A stretch of 64,000 nucleotides of DNA, from the IMG/VR virus record IMGVR_UViG_3300023179_000056, positions 27,886 to 91,885 of that record. One strand, 5' to 3'. Shown piece by piece: positions 26,814 to 37,905 of this stretch. The position numbers and the translations under genes were made by a program. Position 1 is the stretch's first letter. Each line of letters begins with the position of its first letter. Source of the stretch: a virus. Under the pieces are notes generated by a model that had not been told where the DNA came from, made no database searches, and saw only the letters and a program-made list of their open reading frames with translations.

Positions 26814-27803
26814 ATGACATATTCAACAGGCGGATTAATCCAAGCATCGGACTTCAATGGTTTTGCAAGCAGTCTAAATGACGTATGGGGCACAGGCAGC
26901 GGAGACAGTGGATGGGGGCAAACAGCTATTCCCACAGTGAGTTCAAATGGTACAGTGACTGCTACCAACTGGGCCACATTGATCAACAATCTTTCCACAG
27001 CAGCTGGTCAAACTAATACTGGGTTAACGGTTCGAACCGCACCAGTCGCGGGCAATATTATTTCTCCCTTTATCAATTTGGGCACTGACATTGCCAATGT
27101 CGGTACTAACCGTGGAAATGCAAGGTTTACTGGCAGCAGCATTAACTCCTGGAGCGGTACAGTTTCTAAAACCACTAGCACCGTCGAGGGCCCAAGTCAC
27201 AACTGGGCACTAACTTGGGATCACACCATAACATTTCCCAGTGCCAACCAAGCTAGATATTTTTGGAACGCGGGAGGGTTGGTTCAAATCATCATGAGCA
27301 AAACCTCCACTGGTCTGGCCAACGATGCATCATGGAACAGTTTTATATCAAACATGGGCACTTTTTATTTAAGTGGTAGAGTCAACAATGCTTCTCAGTC
27401 CATTGGTGGTCAGACATTTACAGGATTCACAAGATATCTTGGTACAGGTACCCCCACCGTGTTCAATTCAACCACTGGATGGTGGCAGTTACCACCTAAT
27501 ATTGGTTATTCACTACTGTGGTCGATCTATAACAATGCTCCATACTCCCTTGAGCAGGTTATTATATCTGCGGGTATTCAAGGTACAAGTACTTTGATTC
27601 GGACCGTTTGGCAGCAATACGCGAATTTCAGTTCATCTTATGATGCTACTATAAGTGGTGGCACACCGACCAACAGCCCGTTTGGTGGTTATGGCACAGC
27701 ACCAACTGTATTATGCACACCAATTCTACCAGACACCAGTTATCTGCCCACTAATTCATGGGGAACTCCTACTGTGACTGCTTCTGTTATACAGTCAGGC
27801 TAA
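26814..27803 (+). CDS. Tail-associated structural protein
   Basis: 329 aa, Thr/Ser/Gly-rich, ARYFWNAGG motif. Confidence 0.55.
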   Translation: MTYSTGGLIQASDFNGFASSLNDVWGTGSGDSGWGQTAIPTVSSNGTVTATNWATLINNLSTAAGQTNTGLTVRTAPVAGNIISPFINLGTDIANVGTNRGNARFTGSSINSWSGTVSKTTSTVEGPSHNWALTWDHTITFPSANQARYFWNAGGLVQIIMSKTSTGLANDASWNSFISNMGTFYLSGRVNNASQSIGGQTFTGFTRYLGTGTPTVFNSTTGWWQLPPNIGYSLLWSIYNNAPYSLEQVIISAGIQGTSTLIRTVWQQYANFSSSYDATISGGTPTNSPFGGYGTAPTVLCTPILPDTSYLPTNSWGTPTVTASVIQSG

Positions 27804-27857
27804 AACTCATCCGGGCTCAGAGTTGACTGTTGTGTTGTTTTTGTTTATAATATCTCA

Positions 27858-28163
27858 ATGAATACAGATGATTTACTTGCTCATGCAAAATCACGGTTTG
27901 ATCATGTGGCTGCACGCCGTGTGTTGAAGGAAAAATACGAAGCCAAAATGTTGTTTGCACATGCCGGAGGCATGTGGCGCGCAGGCCCTGACCTAATTGC
28001 ATTGTGTAATGCTTGCGCAACACAACAAGTGGTATTGCTAGATCTTTATGAAAACCCGGTCAAAGTAAATGCAGCAGATCTACAGGCATTGGCTCAGAGT
28101 TGTTGGCAAGAACAAATGAATGCCTGGCTGGTAGAGTATGAACATCTGAATAAAAAACGATGA
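27858..28163 (+). CDS. Hypothetical protein
   Basis: 101-aa ORF after a TTGACT...TATAAT promoter; coupled to the next gene. Confidence 0.65.
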   Translation: MNTDDLLAHAKSRFDHVAARRVLKEKYEAKMLFAHAGGMWRAGPDLIALCNACATQQVVLLDLYENPVKVNAADLQALAQSCWQEQMNAWLVEYEHLNKKR

Positions 28164-28963
28164 CCACCGGTGCCTTGATATTTGCATTTGACAGCGAGCA
28201 AATAGACTATATTGGCCTGGCTGCCTGGAGCGCTCAGCGTATCAAACGGCATTTAAACATACCCACTGCTGTGGTAACCAATTGTACAGATCAGTGTCGC
28301 TTGGTCAACTTTGATCGCGTGATACTAGCAGATGCTGCCACAGGCGGAACGCGACTTTTTTCAGGTTACACACAAGCACAAACATGGTACAACGCTGGAA
28401 GAGTAGATGCATACACATTGACTCCTTGGGATCAAACTTTAGTTCTAGATGCTGATTATGTTGTTTGTAGTGATCAGTTGACCACAGCTATTCACAGCAA
28501 TCGAGATTTTTTATGCCATCGTATGGCTTGGGATATAACAGGAATCAATGATTTTGTGGAGTTGAATTGGTTTGGTACCAGTCGCATGCCCATGTGGTGG
28601 GCCACTGTGATGATGTTTCGCAAAAGTACCACAGCTGAATATATCTTTGATTGTATGAAAATGGTCAAAGAAAATTGGCCGCACTATAACGACTTGTATC
28701 ACAGTTCTGGTGGCATTTTTCGCAATGACCATGCACTCAGTATTGCATTGGGCATAACAAGTGGTCATACATTAAAAGTAGATCACATGCCATGGAGCCT
28801 GGCCACTATTGTGTCCAGTCACAGCTTGACTCAACTGGGCCCAGATCATTTTGAAATACAATATCACGACCAAGGCAAGTTAAAAACACTTGAGTGGCAA
28901 AACATGGATTTTCATGCCATGTGCAAAAAACAACTGGGAGACATAGTTGCTAATACAGTCTGA
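28160..28963 (+). CDS. Glycosyltransferase-like (GT-A) protein
   Basis: TLVLDADY (DxD) and FRNDHALSIA motifs. Confidence 0.65.
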   Translation: MTTGALIFAFDSEQIDYIGLAAWSAQRIKRHLNIPTAVVTNCTDQCRLVNFDRVILADAATGGTRLFSGYTQAQTWYNAGRVDAYTLTPWDQTLVLDADYVVCSDQLTTAIHSNRDFLCHRMAWDITGINDFVELNWFGTSRMPMWWATVMMFRKSTTAEYIFDCMKMVKENWPHYNDLYHSSGGIFRNDHALSIALGITSGHTLKVDHMPWSLATIVSSHSLTQLGPDHFEIQYHDQGKLKTLEWQNMDFHAMCKKQLGDIVANTV

Positions 28964-29720
28964 ACGAGGGTATTTAATAATAGCTCAACACTCTCAATCA
29001 GTTGACTATGTTGGCTGTGCACATCAGCTGGCTCGATCTATCAGACACTTTCATCCCAATGCCAAAATTTGTTTGTTGTCGGATTCTCACACCCAGCCAT
29101 GCAATTTGTTTGATTATCATCGAATATTCGCACACCCACTTGACCCCAACCCATACGCCAATGACTGGCAGGTGTTTGGCATCAGTCCGTTTAGACAAAC
29201 TATCAAATTAGAAGCAGACATGATCATTGCTAGTGCGATTGATCATTGGTGGACCATGCTAGAGCACAAGGATCTGGTGATATCCACCGGTGCAAGAGAT
29301 TTTTACGATCAAAAAACTACCAACCGATGGTATAGAAAAATATTTGATGACAACAATTTACCAGATGTATATAATGCCATAACATACTGGAGGTTAAGCA
29401 AAACTGCACAAGAGTTTTTTCAATTAGTAAAAACAATTTTTGAAAACTGGGAACAATACAAGACTCTACTAAAATTCCCTGACAAAATCCCATCAACAGA
29501 TTTGGTCTACGCCATGGTAGCGCAAATCATGGGACCAGATCAAGTGACCATGCCGTTTGTGAGTTATCCCAGAATTGTGCACATGAAGCGCGGCATAATT
29601 CCAACAAGTTTGCAAGACTGGACACAAGAACTGACTTGGGAATCTAATCCATTAAGGATTCAAACTGTGGCACAATGGGGTGCTGTACATTATCATCAAA
29701 AAGCCTGGCGCCATGACTGA
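28947..29720 (+). CDS. Glycosyltransferase-like protein, paralog of the preceding gene
   Basis: SPFRQTIKLEADM and C-terminal HYH motif; start uncertain. Confidence 0.6.
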   Translation: MLIQSERGYLIIAQHSQSVDYVGCAHQLARSIRHFHPNAKICLLSDSHTQPCNLFDYHRIFAHPLDPNPYANDWQVFGISPFRQTIKLEADMIIASAIDHWWTMLEHKDLVISTGARDFYDQKTTNRWYRKIFDDNNLPDVYNAITYWRLSKTAQEFFQLVKTIFENWEQYKTLLKFPDKIPSTDLVYAMVAQIMGPDQVTMPFVSYPRIVHMKRGIIPTSLQDWTQELTWESNPLRIQTVAQWGAVHYHQKAWRHD

Positions 29721-30057
29721 ACAAGAATTTTTAGACTTTTGGAAAACAATCAAATGGCCTGAACCCAGGCCAATTTTTTACAGATTATATCACGACCATA
29801 ATGGTTGGCCATTATTTTATAGTCGAGAAGATTTGGCTGGTAAGTACATAGATATTACTCCGGAACAATTCATAGTTCGTGACATGTCAGTGCGTGTGAT
29901 CAACGGAAAACTTGTGCCACGTAAAACTGTGTGGCTCAGCAAACTTGTGCCTGCCGCCTCGGGAACTCTTTGCCACCACAAAGATGTTGCTGTTGTGGTT
30001 AGCAATCAATCAGGACAACACTGGAAGAAAAAAGAAAATGTCACCGAAACAGATTAG
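29713..30057 (+). CDS. Hypothetical protein
   Basis: ATG overlaps upstream gene end; ends in TAG. Confidence 0.6.
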   Translation: MTEQEFLDFWKTIKWPEPRPIFYRLYHDHNGWPLFYSREDLAGKYIDITPEQFIVRDMSVRVINGKLVPRKTVWLSKLVPAASGTLCHHKDVAVVVSNQSGQHWKKKENVTETD

Positions 30058-30158
30058 TACAGTAGATTTGACCCCAACAGAATTTTTGCACCAGTTTTGT
30101 TTGATTTGATCTGTCAAATTGAGTAGTTGATTTTCTAGAAATAACATGAAAGGTTGTT

Positions 30159-31073
30159 ATGAATCAAAAATCAGTAGATCTAGCAGATCTCTGTACCATT
30201 TATTTATCTTATGATGAACCCAAAAAAGAACAACATTGGATAACAATACGCAACCAAGTGCCTTGGGCCATAAGGGTAGATGGGGTCAAAGGTTCAGATG
30301 CTGCACACAAAGCTGCCGCAGAGGTCAGCACCACAGAACGATTTGTTTTAATTGATGGTGATAATCTTCCTGATCCTGAATTTTTCAATCAAACATTGAC
30401 ATTCTCCACAACAGATCATGAACATGCTGTGTACAGATGGCGGGCACGAAATCATATAAATGGACTCATGTACGGCAATGGCGGACTGAGCTCATGGACC
30501 AGAACTCATGTGAAAAACATGCAAACACATGAGAATTCAGATGGTCGAGCAGAAACACAAGTTGAATTTTGCTTTGACCCACTGTACTGGTCCATGCATG
30601 ATTGTTATTCAACCACATACCCCAATGGATCTGCTGCTCAAGCCTGGCGCGCTGGATTCAGAGAAGGAGTGAAAATGTGTTTGGATCGAGGCCAACGACC
30701 TACCATGATAGAATTTCAATCGCGGGTGCATCAACGCAATCTAGATCATCTCACAATTTGGCATAACATAGGTGCAGATGTAGAGTATGGGTACTGGGCC
30801 ATGGCCGGAGCACGTCAGGGCACATACATGACCATGCTCACAAACTGGGATTATTTGCAGGTGCAAGACTTTGATGCATTGAATGAATTGTGGCTTACAG
30901 TGAAAGATCAGCAGCCCGAGCATGTGAGCAACAACATTGCAAACGAACTGCACACACAGTTGGGTTTGCCCATGCACATGTTTACTCAAGAAGCCAGCAA
31001 ATTTTTCAAACATCATTATCGATCAAACTGGCGCAATCGTGGTGTTATGGTTCGAGAACTAGATGCAACGTAA
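30159..31073 (+). CDS. Glycosyltransferase family-2-like protein
   Basis: YLSYDEP...GVKGSDAAHKAAA...IDGDN...AWRAGFREGVK motifs. Confidence 0.7.
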   Translation: MNQKSVDLADLCTIYLSYDEPKKEQHWITIRNQVPWAIRVDGVKGSDAAHKAAAEVSTTERFVLIDGDNLPDPEFFNQTLTFSTTDHEHAVYRWRARNHINGLMYGNGGLSSWTRTHVKNMQTHENSDGRAETQVEFCFDPLYWSMHDCYSTTYPNGSAAQAWRAGFREGVKMCLDRGQRPTMIEFQSRVHQRNLDHLTIWHNIGADVEYGYWAMAGARQGTYMTMLTNWDYLQVQDFDALNELWLTVKDQQPEHVSNNIANELHTQLGLPMHMFTQEASKFFKHHYRSNWRNRGVMVRELDAT

Positions 31074-31088
31074 CAGCATAAAAATAAC

Positions 31089-32459
31089 ATGAGCAAAAGC
31101 AAATTCTTGTCTTCGGCCGAGCAAATGCATGCAAAGCTGGGTGCCTCATTGTGTTTGGCCAAATGGAAGCAGGTGAGTTTGCATTTGCCCACGGGGTTGA
31201 ATAACTCATGCTATCATCCGCCATTGCACTCAATAGATCCTGCCGAGATCAAACACAATCCGTCTGCTCTACATAACACTCAGCATAAAAAAGCACAACG
31301 CAAAATAATGTTGCAGCAACAGCGCCCTGCGGAATGCAGTTACTGTTGGAACATGGAAGACTTGGGTCGGCTTAGTGATCGACACTACAGATCTGGCGAA
31401 CCTTGGGCAGCAGTGGATTTTGAAAAGATAAAAAACTCAACTGGAGATGAAGATGTTGTACCGTCGTATGTGGAAGTTAATTTTAACCATGCTTGCAACC
31501 TTAAATGCAGCTATTGCAGTCCGCAATTTAGCTCTAGTTGGCAACAAGAAGTTGAACGGCATGGCGCATTTCCTACTTTGGTGCCTCATAACGCTCCTGA
31601 GCACTTTAGCGGCCATCGCAGGCCTATCCCTGCCCGTGACCACAATCCTTATGTAGAAGCGTTCTGGGCATGGTGGCCTGATCTCTACTCTGAACTCAAA
31701 CACTTTCGAATGACTGGCGGAGAACCACTCCTGGATCGCAACACCTACAGAGTATTTGACTATGTGTTGTCTCATCCCAAAAGCGATCTGCATCTGGCAG
31801 TAACTTCGAACTTCAGCGTGGAACCCGAGTTGTCAGACAAATACTTCGACTATGTGAAAAGATTGTGCAATACCGACATCGAACACTTTATGCAGTATGT
31901 GAGTCTTGACTCGGGAATTGGTCCACAGGCAGAATACATCCGTTATGGATTGAGCTTTGAAAGATTGCAAACCAATGTAGAAACATATCTCAGAGATATT
32001 CCGTATCGCAACAGTCTCACGTTCATAGTGACCATGAACAATCTGTCAGTGACTGGATTTTTGCCATTGATGAAATGGATATTGGATCTACGTCGACAGC
32101 ATAGCCAAACATATCAACGTGTGTGGTTCGATACACCTGTGCTACGACAACCTGCTTGGCAAAGCCTGCAAACACTGCCTGAAAGTTACGCTGCTCTATT
32201 GGAAAAAGCAAGAGACTTTATGCTGGAAAATCTAGAGACTGAATCTGACCCATTTCATGGATTTAAAGATTATGAAGTTCAGCGACTGGAACGTGCCATA
32301 GACTGGATGCGATCTGCTACGTCGCAACCCACTGCTCTGGCCAACTTTTATAGATTTTTCATGGAACACGATCGTCGTAGAGGTACTGACTTTGAGACAA
32401 CATTTCCAGAAATGATCTCTTGGTGGAAACAATGCAAGGACACAACACATGGCCAATGA
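31089..32459 (+). CDS. Radical SAM protein with N-terminal twitch/SPASM-like domain
   Basis: CNLKCSYC (CxxxCxxC) and TGGEPL motifs. Confidence 0.9.
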   Translation: MSKSKFLSSAEQMHAKLGASLCLAKWKQVSLHLPTGLNNSCYHPPLHSIDPAEIKHNPSALHNTQHKKAQRKIMLQQQRPAECSYCWNMEDLGRLSDRHYRSGEPWAAVDFEKIKNSTGDEDVVPSYVEVNFNHACNLKCSYCSPQFSSSWQQEVERHGAFPTLVPHNAPEHFSGHRRPIPARDHNPYVEAFWAWWPDLYSELKHFRMTGGEPLLDRNTYRVFDYVLSHPKSDLHLAVTSNFSVEPELSDKYFDYVKRLCNTDIEHFMQYVSLDSGIGPQAEYIRYGLSFERLQTNVETYLRDIPYRNSLTFIVTMNNLSVTGFLPLMKWILDLRRQHSQTYQRVWFDTPVLRQPAWQSLQTLPESYAALLEKARDFMLENLETESDPFHGFKDYEVQRLERAIDWMRSATSQPTALANFYRFFMEHDRRRGTDFETTFPEMISWWKQCKDTTHGQ

Positions 32460-33813
32460 TCAAAAAATACAATTTTTAAAAAACGTTAGAGATAGACTAA
32501 ACGCAGTAAGCCCTAGCTTCTGCACACAAAAATGGTTAAACCAAACCCTGTATTTGCACACAGGCGACAATCACAGTTGCTATCACCCAAGACCACATCA
32601 CATTGGCCTAGATGAAATTGCCACAGATCCCAGTGCATTGCATAATACAAAATGGAAAAAACAACAACGCAAAATGATGTTGGAGGGCAAGCGTCCGGAT
32701 GAGTGTTACTACTGTTGGAACATTGAGGACCTAGAAGGCGACCACATTAGTGATCGCATGATTCACAGTGGTAGTGATTACTCAGAACCTATTATTGAAA
32801 AACTAGCCGAGCTTCCTTGGGATAGAAATATCAATCCCAAATACTTGGAGGTTAGTTTTGGCAATAACTGTAACTTTCGTTGTGGATACTGCTGTCCGCA
32901 GGCCAGCACACAATGGGTTGATGAAATCAAAGAGTATGGTAATTATGACTTAACCTACAATCAATATGGCATAGAGTTCTTGCATAACGGAACCTACTAT
33001 ACTGCCAAAGAACAAAATCCATACATTGATGCATTTTGGAAATGGTGGCCAAGTCTCAAACAAGACCTACATACATTGAGAATCACCGGCGGTGAACCTT
33101 TGATGAACCCAGCAGCCATGCACTTTTTTGACTTGCTAGAACACAAACCTGCTTCTGAACTAGAGATCACTCTCAACAGCAATCTAGGAGTTGCCTACGG
33201 TAAAATTGACAGACTGTTGGCTCGTGTTAAGAGTCTATTAGATCAAAAGAAGATTCGTAAGTTCAGTTTCTTTACCAGCATTGATAGTTGGGGAGAGCAA
33301 GCAGAGTATATGCGTACAGGCTTAGAATGCAGCCATTGGGAACGCAATGCCAAAGCTGTTATGGACACAGGTGCTACGGTTAATCTAATGTGTACATTTA
33401 ACATTCTCTGCGTTACTAATTTTCAACAGCTATTGGAAAAAGTAATCGAATGGCGCAAGGAACGTGGTATGAAGTGTGTGGCATTTGATACACCTTACCT
33501 TAAAGAGCCGCCGCACTGGATGATTAAAATCCTTACACCAGATTTTATTCCTTATATGGATAATACTTTAAAGTTCATTGAACACAATTCAGAATGGTTC
33601 ACCGATTTAGAATACGAAAAATTTAAACGTGTTACAAACTTTATGAAAGAACATGATATCGGTCAAGACAAGATTCGTGCAGGCCGTAGAGACTTCTATG
33701 TGTTCTTTACTGAAAATGATAAACGTATTGGCACTGACTTATTAAAAACATTTCCTGAATACGCCGAGTTCTACGAAATGTGCAAAGAGATATATGAAAA
33801 CTATGATAACTGA
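32449..33813 (+). CDS. Radical SAM protein, paralog
   Basis: CNFRCGYC and TGGEPL motifs. Confidence 0.9.
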   Translation: MANDQKIQFLKNVRDRLNAVSPSFCTQKWLNQTLYLHTGDNHSCYHPRPHHIGLDEIATDPSALHNTKWKKQQRKMMLEGKRPDECYYCWNIEDLEGDHISDRMIHSGSDYSEPIIEKLAELPWDRNINPKYLEVSFGNNCNFRCGYCCPQASTQWVDEIKEYGNYDLTYNQYGIEFLHNGTYYTAKEQNPYIDAFWKWWPSLKQDLHTLRITGGEPLMNPAAMHFFDLLEHKPASELEITLNSNLGVAYGKIDRLLARVKSLLDQKKIRKFSFFTSIDSWGEQAEYMRTGLECSHWERNAKAVMDTGATVNLMCTFNILCVTNFQQLLEKVIEWRKERGMKCVAFDTPYLKEPPHWMIKILTPDFIPYMDNTLKFIEHNSEWFTDLEYEKFKRVTNFMKEHDIGQDKIRAGRRDFYVFFTENDKRIGTDLLKTFPEYAEFYEMCKEIYENYDN

Positions 33814-34213
33814 AAAAAATGAACACTCATGGTGTGTCAATGCTTTCCACGGCATGAGAGCCAACAATGATGGTAGCACTCAGATGTGCTGTATGATATC
33901 TAAAGAGTATCGTAGAATGGGCACCATTGATTATTCAATTGGTAAAGTATCTATACGGGATAACTTTGACAATCCTATTGCTATTTCAATTTGAGAAAAC
34001 CTTGCCAACGGTGTGCGAGATGAAGCCTGCAATAACTGCTGGCAAGCAGAAGATGGCGGCCGTAAGAGCAAACGTATGCGTGACAATGAGCGTTATCTAC
34101 ACGAGCTACAATGGCAAGAGCGCACTCCATATTCTGGACTTGCAAAATTAGAATTGAACCTGGGTAACACCTGTAATATTCAATGCACATACACAAGAAA
34201 TCATAATGAGTGA
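33794..34213 (+). pseudogene. Truncated radical SAM gene
   Basis: ORFs 33794-33994 and 34013-34213 are in one frame separated by a TGA; the gene ends just after an incomplete CNIQC motif. Confidence 0.8.
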
Positions 34214-34337
34214 AACTACATTTTATACATGTTCGTTTGACAAGTTGTTTATGGACGTAGACGTAGTATAAAACCCTGTTGTTCTTTTGCAGCAAAATTC
34301 AATTGCACTCCGACAAGAATTATGTTATATATACTGT

Positions 34338-35657
34338 ATGTTTGATATTGTGATTATGAATATGGGCGGGCATGAGGAGAATCTAAATTGTCTACAAGAT
34401 CAATTTCCTCATGCCATCACAGTGAATTGGACTGACCACTTGTCTACCATTCAACGAGGATCTCGGAATATAAGAACTAGATATTTTTGGGTCATAAGCA
34501 GTTGCTGCGATTACAGTGACTTTGATTTTTTATGGGAACCCAAACCTTGGCAAAGCCATCAGATACATTGCTGGCCCAGCGGCGATCAACAATTTGGTGA
34601 TACATTTCTAATACCCACAGCTGACTGGAATCAACAAAAAGACTTGTTGGAACGATTGGAACAATATCGAGATGTGAATTTTGAACATGAATCTGTGACC
34701 AGATTGCCTTGGCAAAAAATACAGTACAATCAGGACAGTGTAGTCACAGCTATTGCTAGTTCACAGTGTGTGACTCCGTATGTGTTATTTGAACATGAAA
34801 ATAATCCAGTAACTGTGCAACCTGATCCGTGGCTGTGGAGAGAACAACCAGTTGTTGGACTCACCCGTAATCAAGCATCTTGCCTAGTACCTAGACATGC
34901 ACATGGTAGCATACAAACACAAGTGTATGACTACCGATATTTACAAAAGACAAATCTAAATCCCAGCCAACCGTTAGACATAGTATTCATCTCCAATGGA
35001 GAACCCAACGCTGAACAGAATTTCAAACGTTTGATTTTATTGCCTAGAAAAGATCATCGCACAGTACGAGTAGACAGTGTTAATGGACGAGCGGCAGCAT
35101 ATCATGCAGCAGCAAGAGCCAGCACCACACCTTGGTTCTTTGCTGTGTTTGCCAAGCTGGAAGTAGATATTGATTTTGATTGGTCATGGCAACCGGATTA
35201 TATGCAGCAGGCCAAACACTATATTTTCCATGCTTGTAATCCGTGCAACGGCTTAGTATACGGGCATCAAGCCATGATTGCATACAATCGACAATTGGTA
35301 CTAGATAATCCAGGCCGTGGTTTAGACTTTACATTAGACTCACCGCATGAAGTGGTGCCTATCTTGAGTGGGATAGCAGCTTACAACACATCTGCCTGGA
35401 GCACCTGGCGCACAGCCTTTAGAGAAGTGTTGAAGTTACGAGCCAGCTTACCTGATGTAGAAAATGAATATCGCATACAGCAATGGTTAAAACCAAACCA
35501 GGCAGTTCGTAGTGAATTAAGTGCAGCAGGTGCACAAGATGCACTAGACTACTATGATGAAGTAGCCGGCGACTTTGATCAACTAAAGAAAAGCTACGAG
35601 TGGAAGTGGTTGGCCAGTTATGCGTTTTTTAAACGGCAGCTAACACCGAATCAATAA
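34338..35657 (+). CDS. Glycosyltransferase-like protein (repeated domains)
   Basis: C-terminal DIVFISNGEPNA...WRTAFREVLKL resembles 30159-31073; ATG at 34338 preferred. Confidence 0.65.
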   Translation: MFDIVIMNMGGHEENLNCLQDQFPHAITVNWTDHLSTIQRGSRNIRTRYFWVISSCCDYSDFDFLWEPKPWQSHQIHCWPSGDQQFGDTFLIPTADWNQQKDLLERLEQYRDVNFEHESVTRLPWQKIQYNQDSVVTAIASSQCVTPYVLFEHENNPVTVQPDPWLWREQPVVGLTRNQASCLVPRHAHGSIQTQVYDYRYLQKTNLNPSQPLDIVFISNGEPNAEQNFKRLILLPRKDHRTVRVDSVNGRAAAYHAAARASTTPWFFAVFAKLEVDIDFDWSWQPDYMQQAKHYIFHACNPCNGLVYGHQAMIAYNRQLVLDNPGRGLDFTLDSPHEVVPILSGIAAYNTSAWSTWRTAFREVLKLRASLPDVENEYRIQQWLKPNQAVRSELSAAGAQDALDYYDEVAGDFDQLKKSYEWKWLASYAFFKRQLTPNQ

Positions 35658-36714
35658 CGTAGTCAGTCTCCAGATCGGTCAGTTCAGGATAGAATGGCAA
35701 TGAGACGCATCGACGTGACAAACTTGATGCCACGCTCAACAAGTTAGGTCCTTTACAATCTTGATACGCAGTCAGCTCATGCAGAGGATTCTTGTAGTGT
35801 ACCTTGGTTTCAATTTGCCCAGCAGCAAGCCTTTGTTGCAATTCTCTTTGATTATCTACTTCAATCACAAACTTCTGCAACGCATGACCCCTAAAGTTGG
35901 TATCATCAATCAAGCATCTAATAGATTTTTCTTTTAGTCGGGCCATCCAGTATCTTGCTATCTTGCTTCTGCGCAGTTGCCAATCATCTAGATGCTGAGT
36001 TTTAACCATCATCTGCGCACAGTCAATCTCACTCATGCGACTGTTTGTGCCGACAACGGCATGCCCACCAGCTTTGCCGTTGTTGCACCAATTGCGAGCA
36101 TATTCAGCTAGGTACAAATCTGAAGTGATCACAGCACCACCATTGCCGTAGTTGGGGAGATTTTTGGTGGGATCAAAACTGATGGCAGCACAGCTAGATT
36201 GTCGATGACAGTTGTCAGATAGCCAATGCTGCGCACCATCTTCGATCAAACAATCAGTCATGTCATACCATCTATGCGTTAACGCAGCACCGTAGAGGCC
36301 TACAACACAGATAGCATCATAACTACGTGTGAGATCATTCTGGATCACGGCAGGATCCATACATCCATATGTGTCAGTATCCACAATCTCTACTTGCCAA
36401 CCGGTCCGGATGAATGCGTTGGCTGTGGCTGGATATGTTAACGCCGGAACCAATACTGTGGGAGTCTTGCCTGCATCACGAATGTTATCGAAACAGTAAG
36501 CAGCAATGATTTCTAGAGCCTGTGTGCCCGAGTGGCATGTCACTGCATGCAGATTATGATTCTTTTTGGCCAACCACGACTCAAACTCAGCAGTATAGTT
36601 ACCATCCATGAGATTACCTGAACGCAACACTATGTCGGTTACATCCAAGATCTCCTCACGGAGATTGTTATACTGTTTTTGGAGCCCAGTAAATGCTATT
36701 TTTAAACCAGCCAT
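35629..36714 (-). CDS. DegT/DnrJ/EryC1/StrS PLP-dependent sugar aminotransferase
   Basis: SGTQAL, IEDGAQ, SFDPTKNL...GGAV, NSRMSEI and SLPFYPEL motifs. Confidence 0.9.
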   Translation of the reverse strand: MAGLKIAFTGLQKQYNNLREEILDVTDIVLRSGNLMDGNYTAEFESWLAKKNHNLHAVTCHSGTQALEIIAAYCFDNIRDAGKTPTVLVPALTYPATANAFIRTGWQVEIVDTDTYGCMDPAVIQNDLTRSYDAICVVGLYGAALTHRWYDMTDCLIEDGAQHWLSDNCHRQSSCAAISFDPTKNLPNYGNGGAVITSDLYLAEYARNWCNNGKAGGHAVVGTNSRMSEIDCAQMMVKTQHLDDWQLRRSKIARYWMARLKEKSIRCLIDDTNFRGHALQKFVIEVDNQRELQQRLAAGQIETKVHYKNPLHELTAYQDCKGPNLLSVASSLSRRCVSLPFYPELTDLETDYVIDSVLAAV

Positions 36715-37642
36715 GGTAGTTCTCAAATCCTTGTTCAACATCAACTTGTGGGTTGTAACCCAATACTTGTTTGGCACGACCAATATTCAATGCACCACGT
36801 GACGGAAAGTCTGCATCTTTATCTCGTAGTTCAATGCTACCTTTGCCGACTATGTCAATAATCATTCTAGCAGCCTGTAACAAGCTCACGCTGTGGCTTT
36901 TTGTAATGTTGAAAGTTTGGTTGGCAGCATTGGGTAATACAGCAGCAGCTACAATACCATCCGCAGCATCATCCACATAAGTGAAGTCTAGTGTTTCGCT
37001 GGCTCCGTTAACTCTGAGCACTCCGCCTCGCATTGCTGTGAGCATGAATTTTGATACCACGCGGTCTTCTACATCAAGTGGTCCATAAACAGCACTGGGG
37101 CGGATAATAACATGATCAAAACAACCACGGCGAGTATAATCTTTAACAAGATCCTCTCCTGCAAGTTTCATAATGCCATACTGCCCCTGTGGACGACATA
37201 CAGCATCTTCGGTAACGTCATCCACAAAGTCTCCATACACCATTGAACTGCTGATATAAACAACTCGCTTGATTTTGTGTTTTTTGGCACTCTCGAGTAC
37301 ATTGATCGATCCTTCCATCATGACACTAGCACCCCATGCAGGGTTAGCATTCACAACTTTTTGTCGAGGAAAGCTGGCCATATGAATCACTACATCGGGT
37401 TGTTCAATCTCAAATATGTCGTTAATGGATTCTCTGTCACAGATGTTTCGACTGTACAAGTGCGATGGCGATTGATTTATTTTTTTCAATCTTTCACTCA
37501 TCAAGTAATCAAGTTCAGATTGTGGGATTATTCCATACGTGGTTCGATTATCAATTATGGATACTGTGTGTGATTGATCTTGTAGTCTCTTAACTACATT
37601 GTGTCCAATCAAGCCAAGACCGCCTGTTACTAATATTTTCAT
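36668..37642 (-). CDS. NAD-dependent epimerase/dehydratase
   Basis: ILVTGGLGLIG Rossmann motif, SSSMVYG, YGIMK (YxxxK). Confidence 0.92.
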   Translation of the reverse strand: MKILVTGGLGLIGHNVVKRLQDQSHTVSIIDNRTTYGIIPQSELDYLMSERLKKINQSPSHLYSRNICDRESINDIFEIEQPDVVIHMASFPRQKVVNANPAWGASVMMEGSINVLESAKKHKIKRVVYISSSMVYGDFVDDVTEDAVCRPQGQYGIMKLAGEDLVKDYTRRGCFDHVIIRPSAVYGPLDVEDRVVSKFMLTAMRGGVLRVNGASETLDFTYVDDAADGIVAAAVLPNAANQTFNITKSHSVSLLQAARMIIDIVGKGSIELRDKDADFPSRGALNIGRAKQVLGYNPQVDVEQGFENYHGWFKNSIYWAPKTV

Positions 37643-37905
37643 TTTGATCCCCATTTCAAATTATAAAACATATAGACCTTTTCGTCCATCAAAGTCCATT
37701 TGCCTTGGAAGTAATTCCAATAACATCCATTCACATATTGTCCGGGCGGCCCGTAGGTGTTTTCTAACCACTCGTATACTTTTGCATCAAACTTGTGTTC
37801 CACCCTATACAAAAGCAAAGGCACAAATTCTTTGCCGTTCCAGATCTGTTTTTTCACTGGAGGGTGATCCACTTTATTTGTCTCGTCTATATATTCAACG
37901 TACAT
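37639..37905 (-). CDS. Hypothetical protein
   Basis: 88-aa ORF coupled to neighbours. Confidence 0.6.
   Translation of the reverse strand: MYVEYIDETNKVDHPPVKKQIWNGKEFVPLLLYRVEHKFDAKVYEWLENTYGPPGQYVNGCYWNYFQGKWTLMDEKVYMFYNLKWGSK

Noticed and set aside
33794-34213. Selenocysteine or opal readthrough in the broken radical SAM gene
   Set aside because: The TGA is not at a Cys motif position, the gene is truncated shortly afterwards, and no UCA-anticodon tRNA is seen.
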